Assembly: GCA_964016885.1 (NCBI GenBank)
Contig: OZ024740.1
Span: 165,044,001 to 165,108,000 of the forward strand
Direction: 5' to 3'
Origin: Eledone cirrhosa
Taxonomy: Eukaryota
Length of the DNA: 64,000 bases
The position numbers and the translations under genes were made by a program. Positions within the stretch are counted from its first letter, which is position 1; every line of letters starts with the position of its first letter. Shown one piece after another: positions 39,109 to 53,368 of this stretch. The notes under the pieces were generated by a model, which saw nothing but the letters and a program-made list of their open reading frames with translations, made no database searches and was not told the origin of the DNA.

Positions 39109-42100
39109 CAGGGGTTCTGAACCTGGTCCATGTGGACCACTAGTGGTCAACAGGAACATTCAGGTGGTCCACAGAACATTTTCTGTGGACCACCTGAAAA
39201 ATTTAAATTCTTCCGTACACGCACACGTCACACAAACAAAACATGCCTCATCACACCTCGCATCTGTGAGTGCACTTGAGAGCACGCATTTCCTATTGGA
39301 CGATTAGCTATCCAATCATACATGGACGCGTACCAGACAAGTACAGACGTTAGCGCGCATTCTCGGCCGGTCGACACGATCGTGTTTTCTACCTAACTTT
39401 TGAATTGAAGATTACTAGCGAAACAGAAGTTATTACGGCTTACCCAATATAACATATTATCTCTCCAGGTACGTACATTTTTACGCAAGTGTTAGTCGAA
39501 TTGTAGTCTGTAGAAATTTTGTTGTCAGTGATATGTAAAAACGTTCTCTAAATTCTTCGTTCACCGAATCGGAAAAACGATTTTGTAGACGATATAACTC
39601 ATATTATATCAGATATGGTTTTTTATACAGCGCAGAAGATCCTTCATTACCACAGTGTATCATCGGCTCAAAAATATTAACTAACGACTCAATGAAACCT
39701 TCGAAATTATTGTATCATCAAAAACTAGTCCATCCCGATTTATATGGCAAGCCTAAGAAATACTTCGAAGAATATCTTCGCAAGAAAAAAGCGTCATCTG
39801 CATCACTGAACATTTTCCTATCCCATGCTAACAACAGTTCTGGTCTGCAAGCGTCCTACAACATTTTGCTCATGATAGCAAAATAGGGTCGCCCACATAC
39901 CATTGGCGAAGACCTGATTAGGCCCTCAATACTTGAAGGATATAAAGTTGCTAATGTGTCGAACGCTGCCTTAGTGTTAGCAACTATTCCACTTTCCAAC
40001 AGCACGGTATCTTCCCGCATTTCTGAAATGCGGGAAGATACCGTGCAGTTGTAGAAGAATTGCGACACTGCAGATGTTCGTTGACGGTGGATGACAGCAC
40101 TTTTGACAACCAATGTGTTGTGCTTGCTTTTGCTCGCTATGTAAAAGGGATCACGGTTTGTGAAAACCTACTTTTTATGACAACAGTACTGAAAAACACT
40201 GGAGCGATGATCTACAATGCAGTCATGGATTTTCTCACTAAAAATAACATTGATCCCCACAACATCATATCAATATGCACTGATGGAGCAGCCTCTATCG
40301 TTGGAAAATCCCAGGGTTTTGTTGCATGATGGAGAGAATTTAATCACATCTTCACAACTCATTGCCTACTCCATCGAGAAAATTTAAAAGCAAAACAAAT
40401 CGGAAGTTATACCTTTTCTGAAATCCTTAACACAATTATTTCCGCAGTCAACAAGATCAAAAGATCTGGTCTTCGGGACAGTCTTCCAAGAAGCTTGTAA
40501 AGATGAAACGTTCAACCGTCTGTTGTATTCGACAGCAGATATACGCTGGCTATCAATGGGAAGCTGCCTTGGACGTTTTGTTGCACTCTTCGATAAAGTC
40601 ATAGAATTTCTTCAACAGACTGATTCAATTATGACAGCATCACTTTCTGAGAAAAAAACTCGCAATTTTGTACTTACATGAGATCTTTCAAAAACTAAAT
40701 GATCTCAACCTTTCTTTGCAAAAGCAGAACATCAACGTTGTACGTGCCAAATACTTGATAAGGGCTTTCATGAATAAGCTCGTTCTATGGAAAATTCAAA
40801 TTGAAGATCATAACTTTTCGCAGTTCGAGAGCTTAAAAACTGTTGTGGTAGATAATGACTTGCACGAATCTATAATCGAGCATCTATCTTTCCTTCACGA
40901 AAACTTCAATAATCGTTATGAAGATCTTTTGGCTTTAAATATCTCAATTTTTGTGGATTCTCTTCACACAATGTTTATGAACGACATACTTGTTCAACTA
41001 GAATGTCTTCAGATGGAGGTCTGTGAGGCGACGGTAGATGATAATCTGCGTAAATTTTCTGAAACTAACTAGGTCGAGGCTTGGTTGAATCATTGTCAAG
41101 AATATCCAAAGCTGTTTGAACAAGTCGAGCCTTTCATAATAAATCTCCCTACATCTTACTTGGCTGAAAAGGGATTTTCCATTGTCCTCCACACATACAC
41201 AAAACAGCGTAGGCGTTTGATCCTCGACAACAATGCCGATTTGAGACTTCGCTTGAGCCACATAGAGCCGAGGATTTCTAAACTTGTGGATCAAAAACAA
41301 GCACAAGAGTCTCATTGACAGTTTTTTTTTTGTTTTTTTTAACGTGTTACTTGGCGTAATTGTGTTGTCGTTGACATTTTTAATTCAATTCAATTTGTTG
41401 TATTCCCTCAAATGTTTGCACGACCTTTTGTACTGATCCCAACTTAAATCTTCAAGTTTTTTTTAACTTACCCTACACATTATCATATTTAAACTGTACA
41501 GCTTTCCATTTCATCTGAATGATAGGGAGTGTTTTCCAGGACTCAATAACCTTTTTCTATTCAATTCTATCAAATAAAGCTTTATTGAAAAAAAAAAAAA
41601 AAAATAGACATTTTCAAATTGGTTTTCTAATTGATGTTCTCATTTATTTGTTGTCTCTCGTCTTGGTGCTTAAAACATGTCCCTTAGAGGAACAAAAAAG
41701 GAAATTTCATTGCAAAGTGAAAATGGTATTGACCAATCAAATCGATCTTACCAATTAGAAGTAGAAACTCAACATCAATGCTTCATATTTGTTGCTGAGA
41801 TATGAATCGAAAATTCAAATTAATAACGAATAAGTTATGCATTGCTTGGTGCAATAGCAAATTCTTTTTTGATCCATCCATTTGACTTAAAGCGCTGTTC
41901 TTATTCTTCCTACGACTTCAGCTGTTTATTTGCATAGATTTTTAGGCACTGCGACATGATAATAGCATTTTCTAATTCATTGAAAAAAAAAAAAAAAAAA
42001 AAAACCATCTACTGATGCTTATAAGTAGCAGTTCTATTACAAAAGATATAAAAGTTTAGGTTGTCCACAGGAAAAAATTATTTATTTTGGTGGTCCACAG

Positions 42101-42124
42101 CGAAAAAAAGGTTGAGAACCCCTC
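39109..42124 (+). mobile_element. hAT DNA transposon, Charlie/Buster group, near full length
   Basis: TIRs caggggttctgaacct / aggttgagaacccctc; subterminal gtggtccac repeats; 8 bp TSD-like ctttagag / ctttattg. Confidence 0.92.
39585..41318 (+). pseudogene. Charlie/Buster transposase (ZBED5/ZBED8-like family), disrupted
   Basis: Motifs PQC...SMKPSKL, PHTIGEDLI, IPLSNSTV, VDDST, CTDGAA, HCLLHRE, RWLS, LNLSLQ, PTSYLAEKGFS, KQAQESH across stops and frameshifts. Confidence 0.93.
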
Positions 42125-42190
42125 CTTTATTGTTACTGCTATTTGATTAGAGGGATACTAGTTTTACAATATAGTTTTGATGCAAAGAAT

Positions 42191-42339
42191 AATTTTCTAC
42201 TTTTGGCACAAGGCGAGCATTTATCCCAGTGTATTACTGGTACTTTATTTTATCGACCCCGTAAGGATGAAAGGCAAATTTAACCTCGGCAGGATTTGAA
42301 CTCAGATTGGAAAGGGCTGTAACTCTATGCATCAAAGCA
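42191..42339 (-). mobile_element. tRNA-derived SINE
   Basis: Same family motifs as 4321-4500. Confidence 0.8.
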
Positions 42340-42475
42340 TGACGTCCGTCCCTCTACTGATACTGCCAATCCACCACCCTGACGCAAAGAATAATGCTAA
42401 CAGTCAAGCAATTATAACCATAGCAACAATGATATTGTGATCATAATCTTGATTATAATTATTATGATCCGCATG

Positions 42476-42708
42476 GAGGGCAGTGGATTGGCAGTATCGC
42501 TAGAGCGTCAGACAACATGATTTGCGGTATATGGTTACAGCGCTTTACATTCTGAGTTCAAATCCCACCAATGTTAGCTTTGCCTTTCATCCTTATGGGG
42601 TCGATAAAATAAAGCACCAGTAATGCAGTGAGGTCGATTTAATCGACTTGCCCCCCCCCCCCCCAAAATAAAAGGTTGATGGCCCTGTGCCTAAATCTGA
42701 AATCATTA
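42476..42708 (+). mobile_element. tRNA-derived SINE
   Basis: gtggattggcagtatcg...gagttcaaatccc...ggggtcgataaaataaag. Confidence 0.8.
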
Positions 42709-42778
42709 TAACCCACATGATCAACATTAACTGCATCCTGCCACTTTGATTGCAATTATCATTATTAGAAAGTAGCAC

Positions 42779-42999
42779 AGGGCGGTGGATTGGCAGTATC
42801 GGTAGAGCGTCAGAAACCATGCTTTGCAGCATAGAGTTACGGCCCTTTATGATCTGCGTTAAAATCCCGCCGAGTTTAACTTTGCCTTTCATCCATACAG
42901 GGTCGATAAAATAAAGTACCAGTCACGCACTGGAGTCGATTTAATCGACTTTCCCTTCCCCCAAATTGTCTACTTGTGCCTATATAAGAAACCATTATT
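42779..42999 (+). mobile_element. tRNA-derived SINE
   Basis: gggcggtggattggcagtatcggtagagcg...gggtcgataaaataaagtaccag. Confidence 0.8.
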
Positions 43000-43775
43000 A
43001 GTAAGTAGAACACTAAATTTTCTTTCTACTAAATATAGCTACAGTATATCTTACATTGCGCAGCTCTTGAATCTGCCATCCACACTTAAAACACAACAAA
43101 ATACACATCAAAATTGACCAAATGTATTGCACAGTGAGAGCTGTCCCACCTTCTCTAGCTCTGCGACGAATTAAACTTACATTATAAATACATTAACATA
43201 CATTTGCACATACCCAACCACACCCACATACACTGCGTTAGCTCACCTCACCAAATGGCTCGATTATCAGACCGAAACAATTGATAGCATAATAACAATA
43301 GCGACAGATATAAACATAAGTTTACTAGTTATAGTACAGTACCTTTTAAATATGTCTAATACAAGAGTGAAATCATTGAGTTATAAATAATTAGACTATG
43401 TGTGAGTGGAAATCGTGTGCAAGAAGTATTTATCAGGCACTTAGAGGAACGTGTAGTAATAAATTTCCAATTGTATTATGGGTAAAGGTTAGTAGTCACA
43501 TAATACAACTATTTTTTCAAACAAAAAAAAAACAAATCGATCAGTCAAATGGTATAACCCAACTTTTAATCTCCAGTTTTTCACTTTAATGACAACAATA
43601 TTGATGGATTTTCACATCACGTAAGGTAGTGCGTATCAGCTTCATGTTTATTGTTCAATCACATGAAACACATACGTATTAAATTAAGATAGCATGATAC
43701 AGTCGATCCAACAGACATTCAAACACAGTCTCCATCACCCCCTCTCTCTCTCTACCTCTCTCTCTTTCTCTCTCC

Positions 43776-43880
<105 letters not shown>

Positions 43881-43927
43881 CATATATATATATACATACA
43901 TATATTTGTATATACATATATACATAC

Positions 43928-44528
43928 ATGGTGGCTGCCAACTCGTTTTCGAGTACGGCCACTAATTTATATCCATGTAGGAGAACCCCTACCGATGCGC
44001 TGAACGAGTGTGACTTTTTAGTCCAGCTAGTGACTTGAAAACTCTGGTACAAACTTGTGACAATTATTGACACATAGTGCTGGGCCCATGGTACCATGTG
44101 ACGACAAGTGCAGAGAGATCACCAGATATAAAGCAATGCCAGTGCCGTAAAGCTTTTATAGTGGGCAAAGACACTGCACAAAGCCAGTCCCACCCTCTTA
44201 ACCAAGATGATATTTACCAAAAAGAAGAACAAGTCAACATTGGATACCATCAGGGTTGCAGGTGTTATATCAGAGTTTTCCTTCTCCTAGAATTCTGCCT
44301 TGACAAAAGCTAAGGAGTCATCTGTCCCGGTGATTTTGGATGGCCATTGACTCTTAAGAGCTTCTTTGACCTTTGACAGGTTTTGTTTTTAGTCCTGCGG
44401 GATGTCCAAAGTCCCCCTCCTCACCAAGAAACCTTGGTGGGGTTGCCAGTTTAGTCGCCAACGACCTAACCATGAGACAGGTTGTACTGGGATACATGTT
44501 ACCAGTAGCACCAACTGGTGACCTGACA
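43928..44528 (-). mobile_element. RTE-like non-autonomous retroelement, about 600 bp
   Basis: Minus strand has ...ctaggagaaggaaaactctgat..., a motif I recognise from RTE-clade 5' UTRs. The 3' end runs into a (TGTA)n tract. Homologous to 504-987. Confidence 0.55.
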
Positions 44529-44710
44529 TATATATATATATATATATATATACATACATATATATATACATACATATATTTGTATATATATACACATATA
44601 TATACAAATGGAAGTACAGCATAATCGAAGCTCTGGCCGCAGCTAAGCTAACGAATGCAATCGGAATGTGCGGCTAAGCACTCAATAAGGTGTTTTACCT
44701 TAGAGTTATA

Positions 44711-44806
44711 ATATATATATATATATATGTGTGCATACATACATACAAACATATATATACATACATATATATGTGCATACATACATACAAACATATATAT
44801 AAATAC

Positions 44807-44881
<75 letters not shown>

Positions 44882-44909
44882 CACATATATATATATATAT
44901 ATACATATT

Positions 44910-44944
<35 letters not shown>

Positions 44945-45098
44945 ATATTTATATATACATATATATATATATATACATAGATATATATATATACATATAT
45001 ACACATATACACATATACACATATATACATATATACACTTATACACACACTTATATATACACATATATATATACATATATATACATATATACATATAT

Positions 45099-45187
<89 letters not shown>

Positions 45188-45292
45188 TATACATATATAT
45201 ATATATACATATATACATATGTATATATATACATATGTATATATACATATATACACACACACACACATTTATATATATATATATATATATAT
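44711..45292. repeat. Long TA/CA compound microsatellite
   Basis: Direct reading. Confidence 0.95.
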
Positions 45293-46977
45293 TCTTGGCC
45301 ATTTTCTTTCGTTTGTCACAAAATTCTCTAAATAGCTACAAAAGAAATTACCCAATACGGGTACAAAATGTAATGTACTTGTTCACATGACAGTCAAAAT
45401 TTCATTTATAACCAATTAAATTACATTTATAAAAAAAGCCTTTTTTAAGTAAAAAAAAGCCTTTTTTAAGTAAAAAGAAATTCAAACACAAACTGGCGCG
45501 TAAGCTGATGTGCTTATTCACGTGACTGCATCAACCAACCAAATTTCACTCATATATGAATACACAATCTGAGCCACCCACCCCTTTATTTGAAGACAAA
45601 TATAATAAGAACTATGTATCGCGAACTGGGGCGCTAAATTTATTATACTTATTCACATGACAATCATCAGCCAACCAAGTTACTTTTCAAAAAATCTATC
45701 ATTTCGAGCCACTTTTTTTCCATATAAATCAGAAGGAACAATGGAACACCAACCAGATGCGAGAAAAACCACAAACCCTCCATCTTAGTTCTACTTTTGA
45801 AAAGTACAAGAACTGCGAAACCAGTAAAGGAACCAAATAAATATATTTAAAAAAAAAAACTCCAGTTGCATTTTCGATTTCATCTTTTTTCCTTCTACTT
45901 TCACTCGTGTAGGACACCTAATTTTTTTTCATTTTGTAAAAAAACCTCACTTTCTAATATATATACATAATGATAAGAAACAAAAGGAGCTGTGTGGTTA
46001 GTAAAAACAAGGTTTAGGATGGTGATGGACGAATCAAGCAAAGAATAGAAAGAAGAAAGAATCCTTCGTTAGCTGTAATCTGTGATCCAGATATTTCGGC
46101 GTATATTTACAGGACATCTATAGCGATCAGCGGCGCGCCCGAGGCCTTTTCTTAATCAAAAGGCCAGGAGGAATAAAGGAGAAGAAGGAAGGAAAAAGAA
46201 GGAAAAGAGGAAGACGAACAAGGGGGGAAAGGTGGTGAGGAGAGAAGAAGAAAGAGAAAAAACAGTTCCCTGCGATGCTTTTTCGGGAATTTCTCTTTGA
46301 CTCGCCATCGCGGTGCTTAACATGGAAGCCTTTCAGTCACATCTATCATTTAGGGAACAAAAATAAATTGAGGTCGCCCTGATAGGGAGACTAGTGAAAA
46401 ACATATCACTTTTCTTTGCCAAAAAGATACGTGTCAGCTGCAAAGAATGAGCCGAGATTTTATTATGAGTGAGCTACCAGTTTTGCGAAAAACAAACCCA
46501 GTCTTTCACGCCGACTTTAATAGGACATCTTAATAGAACATCTAATAGGAATTTCTAATAGGACATCGTTTTAAGTGTTTGTCCCCCTAGTCCATATCCA
46601 TGATAGACAAGGCTTCGAGAATTAGCATCACTTTGGTTCGGCTCTACCCCTGACGTTTTTTGTGGGGGTGAGTTGGGGGGCATGGTGTCGTTCGATAACT
46701 CCATCGAGCTTTTCTCCTTGGTCATACCCTTTCACGCACAGATCCTTTCAAGATATCATGATATTCAGAAACTTAATATCCTTACATGGTGGCTGATTGA
46801 CAGCAACTGACATAACCAGTCAGCTTGACAAACATAAAGCTAAATATATACGGTTCCACTTTGCCTCCTTAACGTCATTTCTTCCCACGGAAAATAATAA
46901 AGTCGGCTACTTTTTTGACACTTACATGCACACATATACACACACGCATTCACACGGATTCACACGCATTCACACGC

Positions 46978-47011
<34 letters not shown>

Positions 47012-47173
47012 ACGTGTGTGTGTGTGTGTGAGAAGAGAGAGAGAGAGAATGAGGGAGAGAGAGAGGGGGAGAGAGAGAAGTCTGTGTGCATGTGTGTGTG
47101 CATGTGTGCATGTGTGTGAGGAGAGAGAGGGGGAGAGAGAGTGTATGTGTGCATGTGTGTGTGCATGTGTGCA

Positions 47174-47209
<36 letters not shown>

Positions 47210-47629
47210 TGTGTGTGTGTGTGTGAGCATATGCATGTTTGAGTGTGTATGTGTTTATTACCTGAAGGTTAAATATCATATTACCTTCATGGCGTCTCGA
47301 AGACTCCGTTAATTCTTAGCAACAATCAAATTTATTCTATCATTAAAGCATACTTGAGAAAATTCTTTTATTCATAGACCATTTAAAATGTAGAACAAAG
47401 AGAGAGTTAACCCTTTATCAATTTTCTCAAAGATTACGTAGTATAGCCGTTGACATAGCTAGATGATTAAGGAGTTCGCTTCCCAACCACATGGGTCAGA
47501 GTACAGTGTCACTGCACAGAACAGGCACGCATACTCAAGAAACACGCCAGCTCATACATACACACATATATATGTATGTATGTACATATATACATATGTA
47601 TGTATGTGTATATATATTTATTTTGTTAC

Positions 47630-47761
47630 GGCTAAATAGTGAGTCTTGCTATTCTGGAGTTCGCCTGTTTATCACAGGGACAACAGACAAGAACTGTTCT
47701 TATTTAATGAATCTGTGATAGACAGGTGAAACTCTACAGTAACAAGACTCACTATTTAGCC
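47630..47761 (+). ncRNA. Decayed hammerhead-like structure inside a 19 bp inverted repeat
   Basis: ggctaaatagtgagtcttg / caagactcactatttagcc encloses CTGGAGT, a 15 bp stem (gcctgtttatcacag/ctgtgatagacaggt) and GAAA. Confidence 0.4.
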
Positions 47762-48322
47762 ATTTAGCCTAAATAAAATGAATATTAAAACTCTCCTTCG
47801 GTATTGAGCACTATTTTCTCTCAGCCGTAAACCACATACGGATATATACATACGGGAACGAAAAGATTTGTTTTCCATTCTCCCGCCACCACGTAAAATT
47901 TGTAAATCGGTGGCTAGTCGAGAGACAGAGTTGTATCGGGTTCCAGTTGCTAGTCGCTTTACCGTATCGGTTGTCACAAACAGTCATGACCGACATGAGC
48001 TGGGGTTTAGGTTCTGTCGATCGATTGGTTATTGATTAGGCGATACCCGCTGATTAAGCCGCATAAGCCGATTGTGCATTGTTGCATAATATATGCAGAC
48101 GGAAGGTTCAGTGCACCTAACTGCTGCATTAAGTGTGGCCGAAATTCGAGTCCGGGAACTATTATAGGCACTCGTGTTACGTGTGTTGTATTGAAGCGAA
48201 TAACTATGTGTATACTCTGGGAATGTATCTTACATTGTCCATGGAGTACACTGAGATACAACCGGCCCTGGCATGGATAAATATGCTTGTTCCGTCAACT
48301 CCTTATTATATATATATATATA

Positions 48323-49976
48323 CTAGCAAATTTACCCGGAATTGCTCGGGGTTTGAAATTATGCTAAGAATATACAGCTATGAAGTAAAAGAAGAACATT
48401 ATTTGTCCCCAACCTGTCAAAATAAGTCTTCAATAATTAATGCAAACGAATATTTAGTGCAATCTTTGTACACATAAACTATGCTGATAATGAAGGAAAA
48501 TACTGAACAGGATGTAGTTATACAAATGATTATAGACAATACATGTTTGCAAATCTGTAAAAAAACAGGCAGTTTTGCTAAAGTACAAAAAGTTGTAATG
48601 AAAGCAGAGTTGTATACAAACAAAAAAACAATGAAAGTAGAATAAGAGAAAAGCTATTCTTTGAGAGCATCCTTTACTGTGTATGGTTACATTTTTAACT
48701 TCTAATCCAAAATATCCTGCATGACATATTCATTGGTATGTTTTGTAATGAGTAAGGTAGAGCTGTAATAAGTTTTTTTGTTAACACTAAAGCACTACAG
48801 GATAGACGATATTCTTTGCCAACTCGTGAGCAGACGTTTTGCACCGAAAGAGGTCATTTGAAACGCAATGTTGTACTGTCGGATATACTTCAGAAAATCA
48901 CGTGATTCTGAATGCTTAGCTGTTAGAAGCATCTGGAGAGGTTGCGGTGGTTCCCTAAGGGTGGGCAAATTAACCTTACCGTTGGAGCAGCACATTCTAG
49001 CTGATTCTCCCCCACCCCCCACACGTTTTAGCTTTACAATGTTGGCAAGTATTTGACATGGCATATATTTGAATATCAGGATGGATTTGATAGTTTACAT
49101 TAGGGTCATAATTAACTGCCTTAAGGTACCATCGTGAGCGTGGTGCCTTTGAAATACACTGCGATAAAGCTCTACGTTGAGCGTTACCCTCCAGCCGAAT
49201 AGCTCGACTTGTTACTGTCTCTACAGTAGCAGTAGCTGAAGCATTTCTCAATTGGTGACTTTGACGTTCTTGCTCAGTCTCAATTGCTCTTGCTGCAACA
49301 TTAGCTGAAGCATTACGCGCACGGCGTCTTTCATATTTTTGTACTGTCTCTGCAGATCTTGCTGTAGCATCCATAGCAAGGCGTGTTTCACGTTGCTCTG
49401 TATTCTCTGCAGCTCGTGCATTATTGGTTCGTCGCACTAACCGACGCTCAGCGGCGGACAAATATGTCGCAATAACTGTACTCACCGCATTTAGTGATTG
49501 TCTATTTTCGGTTATCGGCAGAGCGTCATTTACACGCATTGTTTTCTTCGACCGATAGCCAATATGTGCATACTTTCTTTTACTTAATATAGTGAAACAA
49601 GTTAAAACAACAAGTGTGTTTTTAACTTTGAAAGTGCAACAAATAATAAACAAGAAACAAACGATAATGTTAGTGATTTATCTTCAAATGAATGTGATAT
49701 TTATATTTCTGAAAAGTTGGTTATCTCCCTTTTTTATAAGTATTGTCAATACAGTTTGTTTTCTCCCTTACATCAATTTTTCTACCGATAATTTTGATAT
49801 CGATTTGTTATTGCTCAACGTGGGTCGATTTGAAAAACGTTTGTGATGTGACAATCTTAGCGACCTGTGCAATGTGCACAGAAAATCTGGTCAAATTCAG
49901 TTTGTAATTGTAAAAGCCTTTAAGTACGCAAAATTGTACACAGACACACACACATCCTCGCTGTTATATATATAAA
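48323..49976 (-). mobile_element. Internally deleted Helitron
   Basis: 3' hairpin cccgagcaattccggg plus CTAG-T at 48323; 5' end tatatatataacagcgaggatgtgtg; RepHel N-terminal coding remnant. Confidence 0.85.
48820..49539 (-). pseudogene. Helitron RepHel N-terminal fragment
   Basis: Charged repeats followed by CQHCKAK...ES..MCCSNGKVNLP..EPPQPL..LL...FLKYIRQYN.AFQMTSFGA, with one frameshift. Confidence 0.88.
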
Positions 49977-49994
49977 TATATCATAATATATATA

Positions 49995-51250
49995 CAGGGT
50001 GCGGACGGTATTTGAGGACAGATTTATGGTTTAAAAAAACGCTTCTATAATAACAGAAAAAAATTGTATTCTTATAAAAATAACATAAACATAAAACTAA
50101 ATTATCAGTTTAATAATTTCATTTAATAAAACCACCATAAGCATCAATAACTGCCTCTATACGGGGTCGAAATCGTTTGCAAGCTCGAATTAAGCGGTCC
50201 TTGTTCATATCGGACATGACTCGAATTATGGTGGCTTTCAAAGAATCTTTGGTGCTATGGGGGGTGTTCATTGATATTTTTCTCAACGATGCTCCATACA
50301 TAGTAGTCCAGTGGATTGAGATCTGGAAATTAGGAGGCCAAATGTTGGGGATGATGTGATCATGCAAATTTTCAGCCATCCATTCTTGTGTCATTTGAGC
50401 CTTGTGTGATGGTGCAGAATCTTGTTGAAAGACATAAATCCTTCCATTGCATACAGTGTTGATCCTAGGCTTAACAACTTTATCCAGAACCTCAATATAT
50501 GCAGCAACATTCACCCTAAGGCCTTATTGAAAAAAGGTGAGGAGGCATCACATGTTCTTCATTACTAACAACACCCAAAACCATGACACTTGCAGGAAAT
50601 TTTGCGTGCATTACTCTTGGAACCTCAGAAGTGTCTGCACATAACCACCTGTCATTTCTTCTGTTAGTTTTTTGGTCCTGGTCAAAGTTTTTCTCGTCTG
50701 AGAAAAACCAAATCACACCATCTTCTGATGGATTTTTAAGTTTGTTTAAAAGTCTTTGGGATCTGATTAAACACTTTTCTTTTGTTTTTTCTGACATGAA
50801 TTGACCTCTTCTCATCACGTAAGATTTGTATCTGATGTTTTCATGCACAACATTTCTGGTGTTTTTTCTGACAACATTTTTTGCAATTGACCTCATTGAT
50901 TTTCCAGGATTGTCATCTATGTTTTGCTTAACTTCCTGAATATATTCAGGTGTCCTGATAGAATCAAAACGTTTGTAATGTTTTTTACGTTTTGATACAG
51001 GTAATACGCTTCCATCTTCTTTCTCTATCTCAGCGAATCTTGTGGACAAATGATCTTGCAACTTTCCGAAAACGAGAAATTTCTAAATCACCAAACTTAG
51101 CCTTCAAAGCTACAATCACAGCTTGCCTTTTCATTTCATTAGTAAGCATAATTATTTTCATTGTTATTTTCTGAAATGGAAGTTCAATAAAAATTAGTGA
51201 AATAAAATAATGACTAAAAATACATGTCCTCAAATACCGTCCGCTCCCTA
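49995..51250 (-). mobile_element. Tc1/mariner element, maT (DD37D) family
   Basis: TA|cagggtgcggacggtatttgaggaca ... tgtcctcaaataccgtccgctcccta|TA. Confidence 0.92.
50119..51161 (-). pseudogene. DD37D transposase, frameshifted
   Basis: FSDEKNF, ASVMVLGVVS, FQQDSAPSH, WPPN.PDLNPLDY after a 1 nt frame correction. 37 residues between the second and third Asp. Confidence 0.92.
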
Positions 51251-51411
51251 TATATAACGAAGCTTATCGAATAGAATTGACGTGTTCTCATTCTCTCAAT
51301 TAATTAATTAAGTCTGTATTATAAAAATATAAACGTAGTAAACTAGAATGTACACATATACTACACATTAATCAGTAAGAAAAACGACTTTGTGTGGGAG
51401 GTAAATTGAAG

Positions 51412-51512
<101 letters not shown>

Positions 51513-52192
51513 TATACATTAAACGCTGCACATGTTCGGTAATCTTTGCTAAGTATTGAGGAAATTGAACGAATACAGACAGTCCCATCTCATCAATCAA
51601 CCGCTAGAGATACAGTTTTTAATGCCTTCGTATATATAGTGTAGTTGAATTTAGAAACAAGTATCCGATATCAATCCAAGGTACGAGTTGTGTTAGATAA
51701 AATTATTTTATTACATCATTAATACATTATCTGATTTCATGTGTTTTTCACTACCTCAATTCAGACATCTTAAAATGAATTGCTTCAGTTCTTTTATAAA
51801 AGTGTTTAGGTTAAGTGTGTAGAAGGATAGAAAAGGAAGGCAAGCCATTGTGTATTGAAATGACTGATGAAGGGAGCTCAGTATTTCGAATTTATAGGCT
51901 ATCGGAAGCGAGCTCTGAAGGAAAATATAAAGCTAAAAGTATTAGATCCAATAGGGTAGAGATATGTCGGAGAGAGAAGGAACAAAAATTACGAACTAAC
52001 CAATGCGAACAGTTATTTTAAGATGGCCGAAATGAGTTGCTGAGAGGGTCTACTAGGTTCACAAGATACACAGGTATTTGGAAAATGTATTGTTAATGTA
52101 ATATAAATGATATATATATATATATATGTATGTATATATAGAGACAGTGCGGTAAGGATAGAGAGAGATTTGTAGATAGACAGATACATACG

Positions 52193-52248
<56 letters not shown>

Positions 52249-52605
52249 GTATATATATGTGTGTGTGTGTATGTATATGTGTAATATTTGTATATAATGA
52301 TTATATAATATATATTCATTGTTCATTACCTAAGGGATTTGGGATATCTTGAAATGAATGTATGCATAAGTAGCCGACATTTGTGTGATTTATATGTATA
52401 TGTGTCTCGCTGACATTGCATTTTTTGTAAGGCTATCACTCACTAACTACTTCACCTACTCTTTACCTACATAGGATAAGGATAAAGATCCCATAACTCT
52501 TTGTGGAGTCGTAGAAGCATCGCCATATGGCGTGTCTGGGGCAATTTTAAACCTGGTTGATCCCAACCCTCTCCAGGTCTGAACAAATTTTTCTATAGAG
52601 GAAGA

Positions 52606-52757
52606 AACGACCCCAGTACTGGACTGGTATTTTATTATCCACCTCGAAAGGAAGAAAGTTGACCATGGCAGGATTTGAACTCAGAGCTCGTAATGAGGTC
52701 GGACGAATACCATAAAGCATTCTATCCGACGTCTTAACGACTCTGCCAATTCACCGG
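52606..52757 (-). mobile_element. Degenerate SINE
   Basis: gactggtattt...ggcaggatttgaactcagag...gactctgccaattcacc. Confidence 0.65.
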
Positions 52758-52983
52758 CTATTTATCTACATACCTACCTGCCGAATTGTCCAACTCTGCC
52801 TGTGTCTCTGTCAGTTCAGCTGTCTTTGTATTTTTTTATGTCAGTCTAGCTGTCAAAGTGAAGGCTAGATTAGATTGAAAACCGATGCAATATCACAAAA
52901 ACAGGCTGCTGATAATTCTCACAACATAACTAGTCCACTTGGGGATCAAACATTGTGTGTGTGTGGGGGTGGGGGTGGGGGGT

Positions 52984-53060
<77 letters not shown>

Positions 53061-53287
53061 CAGAAGTTTAGGACGAAATGTAATAGATGCAGACGTGTGT
53101 GAGGGATGAAACAGTGATGACTAATTCAAAATGATCAACGTTGCCATAAGCCCACCCTCATAACCATTATTCCTTACCCCTGAATGTATTATATAATTAT
53201 ATACTCAAATACAACACACACATACATATATATATGCATATATGTGTGCTTACGCGTTTGTACATATATATATATATAAATGATATG

Positions 53288-53362
<75 letters not shown>

Positions 53363-53368
<6 letters not shown>

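Noticed and set aside
44380-44528. HDV-like ribozyme at the 5' end of the RTE-like element
   Set aside because: Hairpins are present but I could not build the nested double pseudoknot by eye.
46084-46158. Minus-strand gcc-GAAA-ta-TC hammerhead-like half
   Set aside because: The CUGANGA box is unrecognisable.
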